Of a DNA stretch of 64,000 bases, positions 19,849 to 30,499 are shown in pieces; the first letter of the stretch is position 1; every line of letters begins with the position of its first letter. The DNA comes from Candidatus Poribacteria bacterium (GTDB lineage: Bacteria > Poribacteria > WGA-4E > WGA-3G), in the NCBI GenBank assembly GCA_965232115.1, contig CBDDPD010000001.1, positions 16,626 through 80,625 on the forward strand, in the 5' to 3' direction. The translations under genes and the position numbers were made by a program. The notes under the pieces were generated by a model that was given only the letters and a program-made list of their open reading frames with translations, did no database searches and was not told the DNA's origin.

Positions 19849-21210
19849 CTACTCCAAAACCTTCAGGGTCTTGTTACCCGTTTCGCCTATCACAACGATG
19901 TAGATCGCTTTCTTCGGCTGATAGGAAATCCAACCCCAGATCTCAGAGCAGACGATGTATTCGACCTGCTTGAGCATATCCCGCGTCGTCTCAATAATGT
20001 CCGTGTTCATCTGGGAAACGTACTCGACCGCTTTCCGCTTGTCATACACGACAAAAGCATTGTGCTTCGTCGCTGAGTTCCCAGACCCCGCCTGAATCCG
20101 GTTCTCACAGTAGTCATGCCAGCCGACCCGAATCCCCTGCGCCAACTGGTTCATCACAGAGAAATTCCCGCCATACCCGCTCATGACGGCGTTGGGACGC
20201 TCGTTCATGTTCACTAACATCACGTTCGTCCCGGCGACTTTCGCCAGCTGGAGATCCGTAACATCCTCGTCCGTGCCGATTGCAGAGGTCAACATATAAG
20301 AGCGTTTGAACTTTTTCTGGAGCGCGAGCCACGCTTTCGGGGTCAGGGTATCCGTCGCCGATGCATCCAATTCCTGAAGCCGGAGGATCGTGCCACCGAG
20401 GTTGTCGCCACCGGCACCATGAAACACCGTCTCAAGCCCTTCATCGACCTTCGCCATAATCCGCTGGACACCGATCTCCTCAACGTGTTCCATCGCTTTG
20501 TCAATGAACTCGACTTCCCGGAGGTGTTCATATGTGAACGGGATGGCCAGCATCCGCTTCTTCGGCTGGATGGGGCGTTCAGAGGTGTCGAAGGTCGCCA
20601 TCGGCGGATCCGCCCCAGGGGTCCGCTGTTCCTCACGGAAGGCATCTTCCTCATACTCCAGGATCGTGGCGCGGTAGTCCTTCTTACTCGTCTCCGCCAT
20701 ACGCGTCGTGAGTTCCTCAAGGGCGATGTCGACTTCTACGTCTTCGTCCCAATGCGCCATCGCATCGTAGTAAGGGGTAAGTGTGGAGCCGGGTGGGGTG
20801 TCGTGGACATCCTGGAACGTGCCAGCGCGTTCCCAACGCGCACGTCTTTCGGCTTTCCGTGCCGCCGCTTCGATCTGCGGGCGATACACCGTACTCCGAT
20901 ACGCGTTCAGACACATCTCTTTGAGTGCCAACTCTTTCCCCGGATCGCCAATCACGTCTTCAGTGCGAGTCGGCCAAATGCCCGCCGCAGGGTTACACTC
21001 CGTGGTCATTTCTAACGCATCAAGCACCACCTCAAATCCGGAACGCCGGTCGTCATCGGCACCCAACTCGCCGTCTTTTTCTGGATCGTATTGGGAATCG
21101 AGATACGCGGAAAACGGCATACCCGCATCCGCCGCTTGCTCGACAAGCCCGGCACGCTGCGATGCATTCCCATACCTTTCTACGACCTCTCGTGTCGTCA
21201 TTAAAGCCAT
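19849..21210 (-). CDS. Major capsid protein
   Basis: 453 aa; follows protease/scaffold and decoration genes; HK97-like C-terminal pattern. Confidence 0.8.
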   Translation of the reverse strand: MALMTTREVVERYGNASQRAGLVEQAADAGMPFSAYLDSQYDPEKDGELGADDDRRSGFEVVLDALEMTTECNPAAGIWPTRTEDVIGDPGKELALKEMCLNAYRSTVYRPQIEAAARKAERRARWERAGTFQDVHDTPPGSTLTPYYDAMAHWDEDVEVDIALEELTTRMAETSKKDYRATILEYEEDAFREEQRTPGADPPMATFDTSERPIQPKKRMLAIPFTYEHLREVEFIDKAMEHVEEIGVQRIMAKVDEGLETVFHGAGGDNLGGTILRLQELDASATDTLTPKAWLALQKKFKRSYMLTSAIGTDEDVTDLQLAKVAGTNVMLVNMNERPNAVMSGYGGNFSVMNQLAQGIRVGWHDYCENRIQAGSGNSATKHNAFVVYDKRKAVEYVSQMNTDIIETTRDMLKQVEYIVCSEIWGWISYQPKKAIYIVVIGETGNKTLKVLE

Positions 21211-21313
21211 TTTGTTTTTCTCCTTTTTTAAGGGTTCTTGGTTATTCGTTGTTGGTTATAAGGGGTTATCGGTTTTTCGTTCGTTCCGCGCAACCCGAAC
21301 CTACAACCAAGAA

Positions 21314-21847
21314 CTACCCTGGAAACGCCATAAGTGCATGCGTCGTGTCAAACTCCAGCACCGAGCCTTTGCCTTTCACAATATCCACCAAGTCACCAAC
21401 CGTTGCCGAAACACTGTTTATCTGGGTCCGCGCGGCGTTGTGGACTGTTAGCTTCTCCGCTTCCGTGTCGATATCCGCGGCTTCCAGGTTCGCAAGGTCC
21501 GTCGGTAAACCCGCAGGCGCACTCACGGCTTTCACATACCCTTTGGCATTGCTCGGTCCAAGCCCAGCCACAAGTTTATCGCCGCGCTTGACAGTCTTGT
21601 TACTCGCAATCGGGACCCGCAGCCCGCCGAACAGGTACGCCGCGGTGATCTGTGTGTCGTCTACAGCGATGATCACGCCATCGAATTCCTCGCCATCGGC
21701 GGGTAACTCGGCTTGCCCATCGTCGTTGATACGATAGACCCTCCCGACTGCCGTGCTACGGTTCTTCTTCGTTATGTCGTATTTGATGGTCGACTTATCA
21801 TGCGGGATGCTCGTCGTTACCACAAATGGGTGTTCTTTCAAAGCCAT
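21314..21847 (-). CDS. Capsid decoration/cement protein
   Basis: 177 aa between protease and capsid genes; VKRGDKLVAG...GYVKA. Confidence 0.55.
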   Translation of the reverse strand: MALKEHPFVVTTSIPHDKSTIKYDITKKNRSTAVGRVYRINDDGQAELPADGEEFDGVIIAVDDTQITAAYLFGGLRVPIASNKTVKRGDKLVAGLGPSNAKGYVKAVSAPAGLPTDLANLEAADIDTEAEKLTVHNAARTQINSVSATVGDLVDIVKGKGSVLEFDTTHALMAFPG

Positions 21848-21946
21848 TTCTCATTCCTCCATTTTAAGGTTATCAGTTGAGGGTTGTCGGTACGTTCCGC
21901 TCCGCTCCACTTTCGGTTATAAGTTATAAGTTAAAAGAGGCACGTG

Positions 21947-22043
21947 TTATAGTAGATTCCGTAATTACTTTTACACAGAACTCGGTGCGGTTGCAAACCG
22001 CACCTACCGACGGGTGCGCAGATATTTTCGGGTTTTACTATAA
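21947..22043 (+). mobile_element. 97-bp MITE family A, copy 2
   Basis: One mismatch to copy 1. Confidence 0.8.
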
Positions 22044-22075
22044 ACAAAAACCTCTTAACCAAAAACCAAGAACCA

Positions 22076-23407
22076 CTACCGCCATCTCCGTTTCCGTTGA
22101 CGCGGGGTCCGCTTCTTTCGCTCTGGGGGCGGTTCATGCTCATCACCCGTCGATCTGCCTGCCGGTAACGCCGCATCCCCTTTTTTCTTGTTCTGCGTGA
22201 TATGGTCTTCGAGTTTTTCCAGCGGCATGTCAGCGTAGTACTCGCGATGGTATGCCTCATCAAAGTCGTCGCCGTATGCCCGGTTGCCTTGCTTGATCGC
22301 CTCTTCAACGCGCGCCTCGCGATACGCCTGGCCGTCTTTGGCAGCTGCCTGTAGGTCGGCAATCTCGTCTTTCTGGGTTTCGACTTGACTGCGGAGACCC
22401 GTGACCTCTTCCGTCACGTTTTCTAAAACGGTATCCGGGTCATCTGTCGAGCGGACATCCTTGAGATCCAGTGCATCCCGCAACGTCGTAACGAACTGTT
22501 GACGCGCCGTATCCACATCCTGCGACGCTGTCGTGAGGTCAGCAATCTCGTCTCTCTGCGCTGAAATGGTGGTGCGAAGCCCCGCTACCTCGGTTTCGAG
22601 TGCCTTCACAACCGCATCGGGGTCATCCGTCGATTTCAGCGTCGGGACTTTGAGGGCATCCCGTAATTTATCCACCCACTCGCGATCTGTCATGCGTAAT
22701 TCCTCCATAAAACCTCGTAAAACGTTTTTCATAGGTGCTTCAGGTTCCCCTGAAACCGCTTCCAAAAAACGTTGTTTTTCTATCGAGGTGTATCGGTTAG
22801 ACCCAAACTCAACGAGTGAAATTTCTTTGAGCCGGGCATCATAGACGGTGTAGGTCGCCGTCTCCATCTTGCCGTCTTTATTTTTGTACTGTTTCCCCAT
22901 CTTGTGGGGACACTTCCCTTCATCGTCAGGTTCCCAATCCCAATAGGAATACCGTCGAATCGGATTCCCACATATATTACAAATTTCACGGGCATCGTAG
23001 AACCCAACAGACGCTTGGTTCACCAGCCCGTTTTCAATCGCACGAATTAACTGCTCGCTTGAACTGAAATGAAAACTGGATTCCTTGTTGTAATCCATGT
23101 CTTTGAGGATGAAAAAGTCGATGAACAACTCATTCGTGTCGGCGAGTTTTGCACCCACAGAACGCCCGTACCCGAAAGACCGAGAATAGCCGCCATGATG
23201 ATCCTTCAATGCCACCCCTAATTCCGATTTCGCGTCTGCCTCGAAATTCTTGAGGGTGGTCTTGGGGTCCATCATGGAGTTGTGTTTGTCCAATTCCGAA
23301 TTGCTCGCCAGGATCCGAATATAATATTTCTCGTCATCCTCTTCGGGCAGATCCGAATGCATCTCGCGCGTTCCGATCGTGACTGGCAACAGTCTTAGGT
23401 TTTCCAC
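22076..23407 (-). CDS. Prohead protease-scaffold fusion
   Basis: GTG start after AGGAG; DH, ASVGF, CxxC, EISLV protease-like motifs; C-terminal duplicated coiled coil. Confidence 0.75.
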   Translation of the reverse strand: MENLRLLPVTIGTREMHSDLPEEDDEKYYIRILASNSELDKHNSMMDPKTTLKNFEADAKSELGVALKDHHGGYSRSFGYGRSVGAKLADTNELFIDFFILKDMDYNKESSFHFSSSEQLIRAIENGLVNQASVGFYDAREICNICGNPIRRYSYWDWEPDDEGKCPHKMGKQYKNKDGKMETATYTVYDARLKEISLVEFGSNRYTSIEKQRFLEAVSGEPEAPMKNVLRGFMEELRMTDREWVDKLRDALKVPTLKSTDDPDAVVKALETEVAGLRTTISAQRDEIADLTTASQDVDTARQQFVTTLRDALDLKDVRSTDDPDTVLENVTEEVTGLRSQVETQKDEIADLQAAAKDGQAYREARVEEAIKQGNRAYGDDFDEAYHREYYADMPLEKLEDHITQNKKKGDAALPAGRSTGDEHEPPPERKKRTPRQRKRRWR

Positions 23408-23420
23408 TGTTATTCTCCTT

Positions 23421-24863
23421 TCATCCGCTTGATGGCATCGCGGGGTGTGCCGCCGCATCGCTCAGGAAAGCCCTTACCGATTCCGGATGACCGCCATATA
23501 CCCGAAGCCCCGCAGAATGCTTGCTCTTTTCGGATTTGTACTTCTCCACGGCATCCTCGTAAACGTCTGCCTCAATGCCGTCAATGTCTTGTAGCTCTTT
23601 TAACTTCTTAAGGTTGTCAATTTTGACACCCTCGGCTTCAGCAATGGCTTTGACATCCATGGGATCTGGGGTGTTCTCAAAATAGAAAGCCACCTTCCCT
23701 TGCCGTCCCTCAGCCCGTAGCACATACCCGAGGAGCGTTGAGAATACGCCTGCTACCGTAGATTGAATACTGGATATGTTGATCCTGTAATCTCGTCTCT
23801 GTTCGACCGCGTGCGTTTCAGATTGATTTTCATTACTGTGCTGCTTAATCGGCGTGGAACCCGTCCCCCGTCCGACCCGACGGTCGTATAACCGCATCAG
23901 CCCATCGACGAGCCCGAAGAACGAGGTCTGCATCTGACCCCCTTTCGGCATGTTCACCGTCACGAGGTCCAAGTGGCTATACCCTTCATTGGGTTTCAGA
24001 TTCGAGTACATCTGGTTGATGCCAATCAGGAAATCCTGGATAAACGCGTCTTCAGCGTCCACATCCCCGACAACCTCAGGCGGCATGAAGTCTTTGAGAC
24101 GCTCAGTGTCAACCTCAAAATCAGGGCGTGCCCACCCTTGGGACTCCAGTACCCTCCGAAAATCATTCATCACGCCGAGCATCCGAATCACGTCCAAGGG
24201 TGCCGATTCCAACATAGACCTGCCAAACGGTTCATTCGGTCCCGCATTGAACGGCACATACATCACCGTCGGATCGTCATGTAACGATACCCATTTCCCG
24301 TTCTGCCACTGACCCAAGTGCCAGTCATTTCCCATTCGGGTGAAACGCGCCACATACGGATCCATCACAGCGATGTCCATCGCCATGTCCGCCGTTTCGT
24401 TGAGTTCCAACTCCCAAAAGATCGCACCGCCTTTGTAAATGCCGGCAAAAACTCTATCAATCAACACATCCGGGTCATGGTGTTTCGCCTCAAGCCTCGA
24501 AAAGAAATCGTCAATGATCGGCGTGGCACCCTTCGGCTTCACCTGATACCCCCAAGATTCATTCGCAGTCCGCAGGAAGTCCGTGTAGGCTTTATTGACC
24601 TCCGGGCTAATACTCGTCACGACCTTCATGAACTGATCCACCGGTAGATGGAGCAGCGCCTCTTCTGTCCAGTTTTTCAACTGCCAGACACTTCGGGACC
24701 GCTCCGGGGGTGCCACATGGTACATCGTCTGCTGCCGATGCGGATCCTGCATCGAGACGCGTCCGCCAGCCAATGCCCGTGTGTTCCGTAACCGTGCGAC
24801 CGCTCTTGGATCCCTACCGAAAAGCCGTTTGTTGAAGGTGCTCAGTGTTCGCTGCAGGTTCAT
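23421..24863 (-). CDS. Portal protein
   Basis: 480 aa between terL and protease; PFGRSMLES motif. Confidence 0.75.
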   Translation of the reverse strand: MNLQRTLSTFNKRLFGRDPRAVARLRNTRALAGGRVSMQDPHRQQTMYHVAPPERSRSVWQLKNWTEEALLHLPVDQFMKVVTSISPEVNKAYTDFLRTANESWGYQVKPKGATPIIDDFFSRLEAKHHDPDVLIDRVFAGIYKGGAIFWELELNETADMAMDIAVMDPYVARFTRMGNDWHLGQWQNGKWVSLHDDPTVMYVPFNAGPNEPFGRSMLESAPLDVIRMLGVMNDFRRVLESQGWARPDFEVDTERLKDFMPPEVVGDVDAEDAFIQDFLIGINQMYSNLKPNEGYSHLDLVTVNMPKGGQMQTSFFGLVDGLMRLYDRRVGRGTGSTPIKQHSNENQSETHAVEQRRDYRINISSIQSTVAGVFSTLLGYVLRAEGRQGKVAFYFENTPDPMDVKAIAEAEGVKIDNLKKLKELQDIDGIEADVYEDAVEKYKSEKSKHSAGLRVYGGHPESVRAFLSDAAAHPAMPSSG

Positions 24864-24933
24864 GAGAAACTGTGATTAGTTCGTGTCCTTTTTCAGTCGT
24901 CGTTTGCAGTTGCTGTGATTTCATCTTTACCTC

Positions 24934-25043
24934 TTATAGTAAAACCCGAAAATATCTGCACACCCGTCGGTAGGTGCGGTGTTTTTGCTTGGGTGTTTCT
25001 CGCACTGAATTCTGTGTAAAAGTAATTACGGAATCTACTATAA
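24934..25043 (-). mobile_element. MITE family A, copy 3 (110-bp internal variant)
   Basis: Same termini; centre of the hairpin replaced by GTTTTTGCTTGGGTGTTTCT. Confidence 0.75.
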
Positions 25044-25124
25044 AGGGGAGTGGGTTCTGGGTCAGAGGCGTTTATCGACCAAAATCTCTTAACCGACACC
25101 CTACACCTTATAACTGACAACCCC

Positions 25125-26564
25125 TCACCGCATCTTCACCGAGCCATGGATAACCCGCCCGCTCCCAATGCCGCGCGCTCCCTTTAAACTCTGTACCAGA
25201 TAACTCATGCCATCCACACCGTGATTGTCACCGACAACCTCCTCATCGTCCCTGCGGGTTCCCTTCAACTTCTCGGCATAACTCAAACTCAAAAATTCAT
25301 CTGTAACCTCGACAGGGCGGTAATCGTCTTTCAGGTCCTCATCTGGCGGATGTACCAGCCGATCCCGTAAAAAGAAAATCGCGGGTTCACCGCTTGGGTC
25401 TTTCTTCAGCCGTTCCTTGACGCCATCAATCTGCGCAACTCTGTCCTTTTTCGGCTCCTTTACTCGGAAACCTGCTTGACGGAGCTGCTCAACACCGTCT
25501 TGGTCGGCAGCGTCTACCGCCGCATAGTGAATCCGATCATAACGACGATCACAGTTATCCTTGATGAGTTGTATCAACTCCGGTTTTGTTAACCGCGTCT
25601 TGTAAATCTCCTTATAGGCATAAAGCCGATCGTCAGGACTCAGTGCCCACCAGATAACGCTTGCAGGATTCCGAAACCCCCAGTCAACGCTCAGATACCG
25701 TTTCCAGTTCGGCATAATCGTCGTGTCAACGATGTGCGTTTCGGGTTCAAACTCTTCAAAGACTAACCCTTCACCCGATGCCCAGTGTCCGAGAAAGCCG
25801 CGCTTGAACCGTAAACCGTCAAGATTCTTGAGTTTCTCAACACGCCGTAAGCCCCCCTCGGTGAACAGATCTATGATCTTATCCAGCAACTTCGGATCTG
25901 GATTGTTCTCGAACGCAATTTTGAAATCCTTCAGTCGATCTGACCCCTGCTCGATAATTTCAGGGTTGTCCAGAAACGACATCCGGAAGTACTTCAGTTT
26001 GTCGTCCTTCGTCTGCTGACGGATCCAGTGATGTGGGGCGTTCGGGTTGCAATCGCCTACCAACATCGCAATCGGCATGACACCCGCACGTTCGCTCACA
26101 CGCGCCGTCAATTCGTCCCATGCCTCGAAAGGGAGCAGCTCACACTGGTTGACAAAGGCTGCATCAAAAAAGTCCGATAGCAGGTTCGATGGCTGATCCA
26201 GCCCGTTTACGTAGATGCGCGTGCCATTCAGATACTCAAAAAACTCAGGCTTTTCACCGCCATACCGAGTGACAAACGTCGGATTCGGAGCATCCCGACC
26301 CGTCGGTGTATAACCGAGATATTTCTCGTACGTCGGAATGATGTTTCTATAGACTCGGTTCAGACTCCGGTGCACAAACGTCATTCGCGCACCCGCATAC
26401 CTTTTTGCCAGCGTATGCATGTAAGCGCACAGACTATACGTCTTGCCAGCGTCGTACGTACCCCCAGCAACTTTCACGCTCGCCTGCGATGCCCACAACT
26501 CCCACATGCCGCCATAGACCCGAAAGCCTCCTTTTCTAAATCGGTTAACCGGTTTCCTTCGCAT
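25125..26564 (-). CDS. terL: Terminase large subunit
   Basis: Walker A-like GGTYDAGKT; CNP motif; RNase H-like SVDWGFRNP and NHGVDG. Confidence 0.9.
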   Translation of the reverse strand: MRRKPVNRFRKGGFRVYGGMWELWASQASVKVAGGTYDAGKTYSLCAYMHTLAKRYAGARMTFVHRSLNRVYRNIIPTYEKYLGYTPTGRDAPNPTFVTRYGGEKPEFFEYLNGTRIYVNGLDQPSNLLSDFFDAAFVNQCELLPFEAWDELTARVSERAGVMPIAMLVGDCNPNAPHHWIRQQTKDDKLKYFRMSFLDNPEIIEQGSDRLKDFKIAFENNPDPKLLDKIIDLFTEGGLRRVEKLKNLDGLRFKRGFLGHWASGEGLVFEEFEPETHIVDTTIMPNWKRYLSVDWGFRNPASVIWWALSPDDRLYAYKEIYKTRLTKPELIQLIKDNCDRRYDRIHYAAVDAADQDGVEQLRQAGFRVKEPKKDRVAQIDGVKERLKKDPSGEPAIFFLRDRLVHPPDEDLKDDYRPVEVTDEFLSLSYAEKLKGTRRDDEEVVGDNHGVDGMSYLVQSLKGARGIGSGRVIHGSVKMR

Positions 26565-26567
26565 ACA

Positions 26568-27203
26568 TCAAACAGCGACCTCTTTCTCTACGGCTTCCGG
26601 GAGCGACGCTAAAAGTTTATGCATCTCCACATCGTAATCTCCGACCACTTCCAACTGTTCCGCTGGCGGCAGACGCTCCAGGGCTTGCTGCTCTCGATGC
26701 TCCGTCTTTTGCTTCGCATCTTCTACCGCTTGACGCGTATTGTTGTCGTAACCCCGATGCACCAGATACCACCGCTTCATTAACTGATCGACCGTCGCAC
26801 CCAACCACCGTAGACTTTTGATCAGATTTATCGTCTCCTCTACTGTCGCCGCAGATAGCAAATCGCTTTTGATTTTGACCTTCAAATCGTCAAAGCATTC
26901 GTCAAAGAGATTTAACATCTTGTTAATTGTTTCTGTATTTTCAGCCTCTCCGCGCGAATTTTCCACCGCCGCCGGCATCTCTGGCACCCCGACTGCGGAC
27001 GCCGGTAAGGCATATAGACCCTGTTTTCTGCTAACGATCTTACCCGCTTCCTTGAGTTCCGAAAGGCACGTATCTATCGTCCTGTCCCCGCCTGAGACGG
27101 TATTCTTAATTGCAGCGGTTGTCTTTTCACCGCCTTCAAGGTACTTCAAAATATCTGCTTTGGTTTCGGGTTTTACTGTGCGTTTTGACATAGGTTTTTC
27201 CAA
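26568..27203 (-). CDS. Putative terminase small subunit with N-terminal winged HTH
   Basis: Directly upstream of terL; wHTH pattern (LSELKEAGKIVSRKQGLYAL). Confidence 0.55.
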   Translation of the reverse strand: MEKPMSKRTVKPETKADILKYLEGGEKTTAAIKNTVSGGDRTIDTCLSELKEAGKIVSRKQGLYALPASAVGVPEMPAAVENSRGEAENTETINKMLNLFDECFDDLKVKIKSDLLSAATVEETINLIKSLRWLGATVDQLMKRWYLVHRGYDNNTRQAVEDAKQKTEHREQQALERLPPAEQLEVVGDYDVEMHKLLASLPEAVEKEVAV

Positions 27204-27207
27204 ATTT

Positions 27208-27306
27208 GCAGAGGTTTCGCAAACGTTTTCGCAACGTTTTGCAGGGTTTTCGCAAGCGTTTCATAAGGGTTTCGCAAACGTTTTGCAGCGGTTTCGCAAA
27301 CGTTTT
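27208..27306. repeat. Nine tandem 11-bp repeats (consensus GCAAACGTTTY)
   Basis: Units start at 27208, 27219, ... 27296. Confidence 0.85.
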
Positions 27307-27617
27307 TATCGCTTTGTTAACTGGCGAAGCTTCGTCGGAACAATTGGTTCACCCGATGGATAGGTCTTTGATGAATAGTATATCTTGCCGAACGCAACCC
27401 CTTAAAGCACATTCAACACACCGAGATGCGGATTTACAATAAATAAACAATACAATCGGTGTGGGTACGGGTTTTCTTTCAAAGAGGGTGTGGGTACGGG
27501 TTGCGCGGAACGTACTGATAACTTCTTGAAATTATCTCTTACTTATGATAAACTAATGTTGTATAAAATCAGTAATTCATCATAACCCCCCGCTCTACCT
27601 ACGGAGAACACACACCC

Positions 27618-27896
27618 ATGCCAAAACTTGAACGAACAACATTTACGATTACCCCCTCCCAGATGGAGTGGATCGATGAACAGCACGAAAAAACCGGTTT
27701 GCTGAAATCTGAAATCGTCCGGCGTGCTCTCGACGAGTACGCAGAACGCGAAGCAGCCAAAGAGGAACGCAAACTTTTTACGCCGGAACAACTGAGAAAA
27801 ATCAGGGAAATGGCACGGGCAAAGGGGGCTTCCGTAAAAAATATTATCCGGCGCGCGGTTGATAGGCAGCTGGACTTATTCTTCCGAAAATATTGA
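27618..27896 (+). CDS. Tandem ribbon-helix-helix (CopG-like) regulator
   Basis: RTTFTIT...KSEIVRRALDEY and a second ...IIRRAVD unit. Confidence 0.75.
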   Translation: MPKLERTTFTITPSQMEWIDEQHEKTGLLKSEIVRRALDEYAEREAAKEERKLFTPEQLRKIREMARAKGASVKNIIRRAVDRQLDLFFRKY

Positions 27897-27940
27897 TGAG
27901 TGGTTGGTTGTAGGTGGTAGGTTCGGGTGCTACGCACCCT

Positions 27941-28037
27941 TTATAGTAAAACCCGAAAATATCTGCACATCCGTCGGTAGGTGCGGTTTGCAACCGCACC
28001 GAGTCCTGTGTAAAAGTAATTACGGAATCTACTATAA
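27941..28037 (-). mobile_element. MITE family A, copy 4
   Basis: Reverse complement of copy 1 with few mismatches. Confidence 0.8.
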
Positions 28038-28148
28038 GTGGTAGGTTGTTGGTGAAGATGCTCTTAACCTATAATCTCTTAACTTATAACTTATAACCAA
28101 AAGCGAACGCAGTGAGCGAACCAACTACCCTATAACGGAGGTATCAAA

Positions 28149-28439
28149 GTGGTTAAGAATAGAATGGGACTCCCCGAAGAATACGAACCTGTATTACCGG
28201 GGACAGTCGAAGCACATATCGCAAAGAAGCAAGCACACGCAAATAAAGACGCACGCCTCACCCAAACTGCCCTCGCTGTCGGGAACGTGATTGGGCAACT
28301 GAAACTTGAAAATCCTACCTCGCTGGAGACGTTTGATGTCCGAGATCTGACACCCGAGCAATTCCAAGAACTCAAATTCGCTTGCGTGAATCACCTTAGC
28401 CACCTCATTCCCGATATCGAGAAGGAAACAACACATTGA
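28149..28439 (+). CDS. Hypothetical protein
   Basis: GGAGG RBS; stop overlaps next start. Confidence 0.6.
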   Translation: MVKNRMGLPEEYEPVLPGTVEAHIAKKQAHANKDARLTQTALAVGNVIGQLKLENPTSLETFDVRDLTPEQFQELKFACVNHLSHLIPDIEKETTH

Positions 28440-29407
28440 ACGACTTACGCACACAACTGCCCGAATGCCCGCTTGAGTACCAGATCCCACACATCCGCAG
28501 TTCCCACACCGCACTCGTTATCGAGATCAACGCCGCTGACATCGATTGGCAGGAGAAGATGCTCCCTTGGACGCTCGCGGGTCTCATCAATAACACCGAT
28601 CTTATCATGAAGGGCGTGCATCTCTACGTCGTGTGTGAGGACGAGCTTCGCGACCGCATCAGAACTGCGCTCAAAAAATTCGATCTACCCCCAGGCACTA
28701 TCACCGTTAGAGACGAGGACAGAAAACCGCTGATTCTCTTTGGGACGTACGGTTACAGGTACGATTCCGTTTGCCTCCTTGACATCAACTACTGGGCGTT
28801 TCGCGGTATCGGTAAATCCCAAGGTGCCGACATCAAACTCCCCCTCGGACACGTCCTGCGACACACCTATAACTGGGCAGTCGCCGATTACAGTTTCCAG
28901 CCCACGAACAACATCCATTTAAAAGATACCTGGGTTCGGATGTCTGAGCCGTTACTTCCCTATTCTGACGATTCACCGAAAAAAATCAGAGAGTACCTTG
29001 TAGACGCATCCACACGCGCCAAATGGCTACACGACGCTAATACCGCCGTCTATGGTGAGGACTATCAGAAGCAGAACAAAAACGTCGCCGCTTACTTCTT
29101 CAATGAAGTTGAACCGAATTGGCACCTTGACACCTCCATCCTGCACTACAGTGCGCGTGAAGTGAATACTTATTTCGCGGCGTGGGCAGCGGAATGGCAG
29201 CACCTCGGCACCGAAGCACTCGTCGCCCTCTATCTGCTTAAGACCGAGCAGCACGCCCATAACCTCGGGGATTCCGTCATGATCGAGTCAAACTACATCC
29301 GGGCTGCGTCTCCTCGACTCTGTAATATGCAGTTCGGCACTAAAAAGGAATTCAACAGCGCAATGAATGAATTGAGGGGGGCGCAACTCAACATCAATAT
29401 GAACTGA
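28436..29407 (+). CDS. Hypothetical protein
   Basis: 323 aa ORF with AAGGA RBS. Confidence 0.65.
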   Translation: MNDLRTQLPECPLEYQIPHIRSSHTALVIEINAADIDWQEKMLPWTLAGLINNTDLIMKGVHLYVVCEDELRDRIRTALKKFDLPPGTITVRDEDRKPLILFGTYGYRYDSVCLLDINYWAFRGIGKSQGADIKLPLGHVLRHTYNWAVADYSFQPTNNIHLKDTWVRMSEPLLPYSDDSPKKIREYLVDASTRAKWLHDANTAVYGEDYQKQNKNVAAYFFNEVEPNWHLDTSILHYSAREVNTYFAAWAAEWQHLGTEALVALYLLKTEQHAHNLGDSVMIESNYIRAASPRLCNMQFGTKKEFNSAMNELRGAQLNINMN

Positions 29408-29410
29408 TAA

Positions 29411-29632
29411 ATGACAAACCTAACACCTCAGCAAATCCTACAGATCCGATTACAGGACGCTCGCCGATACGCCCAATTGCTCAGACAGAACGGAGGGCAT
29501 CCGGAAGCCGTCATCTTTGTAATTAGGGGCATTTGGGGTGATGAGGTTGCCAACATCGTTGAGAGCGTTCTTGACGATGCCGCTCCAGGAGAACAAAGTG
29601 CCGAGCGTTTACAACAAACGTCGTCCTCGTGA
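29411..29632 (+). CDS. Hypothetical protein
   Basis: Tightly coupled ORF. Confidence 0.45.
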   Translation: MTNLTPQQILQIRLQDARRYAQLLRQNGGHPEAVIFVIRGIWGDEVANIVESVLDDAAPGEQSAERLQQTSSS

Positions 29633-29648
29633 AATAAAGGAAAAGACA

Positions 29649-29834
29649 ATGAAGGTTCTTTTGAAAATTAAAGGGCTCTTCTATCTATTCTATTATCGGT
29701 TCACACGCTGGAGGACCCACGAGGTCTTTCTATCAAAAGACCCACACGGGCACCTCTATATCGGCGCAAGAAAACACGGGCAATCCCCTAAAAATCTGTT
29801 TCACCTCAATTTGAAAACCTTTGGGAAGGTGTGA
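29649..29834 (+). CDS. Hypothetical protein
   Basis: ATG after AAGGA. Confidence 0.4.
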   Translation: MKVLLKIKGLFYLFYYRFTRWRTHEVFLSKDPHGHLYIGARKHGQSPKNLFHLNLKTFGKV

Positions 29835-30077
29835 GTACTACAAAATAGATATGTATGCAAACTATAGATATCAACACCGACATGTATAAGAATCACCGAA
29901 AACTATACATGAACGGAAATCAGTGGGAGACAGAAAAAAAGAAAGGAAGCGGGTAAAGCGGTTAAAAAAGAAAGAAAACATGAAAGGAAACCAAGAAGGA
30001 CGGAAAAGAGACATAGACTCTGTTTAAAAGGAGTCGTTCTTAAACACTTCTATTCACCAAGAACTTCTTTAACTGAT

Positions 30078-30491
30078 ATGAATAAAATCCAACTCCGAAA
30101 CGAAAACAAATTCCGAACCCCCATCCACGGACGCAACTTCCAAAGCACGACAACCTTTGTCGGCGCGCTTTACCCGGAGGGCAATGTCCAAATCTACTGG
30201 ACCTGGAAATGGTTCGACTTCCAACGCCACGAAAACTACGAAATTCATGGCGGTTCCCGATACTGCGGCTTCCAATTCCAGAACATGGGACACCTCATCG
30301 GGATGTGGGATACTCGGGAAATTATCACCGGGCTGCCCTACGACTTTTCGCATCTCATCACGACACACTTCACTGAGTTTTACAAAAAGCATATAACACC
30401 CTTCAGGCTTTCTCAAAAAGAACGAGAAGCCCTCGGTATCTCCGAAGAAGCATCCATCCAAACTCATAAAGCCGTTTGGGGCGAAAGATAG
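30078..30491 (+). CDS. Hypothetical protein
   Basis: 137 aa ORF. Confidence 0.5.
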   Translation: MNKIQLRNENKFRTPIHGRNFQSTTTFVGALYPEGNVQIYWTWKWFDFQRHENYEIHGGSRYCGFQFQNMGHLIGMWDTREIITGLPYDFSHLITTHFTEFYKKHITPFRLSQKEREALGISEEASIQTHKAVWGER

Positions 30492-30499
30492 AAGGATCC

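Noticed and set aside
27458-27502. 16-bp direct repeat GGTGTGGGTACGGGTT x2
   Set aside because: Possibly an operator between divergent genes, but two copies are too little to assign a function.
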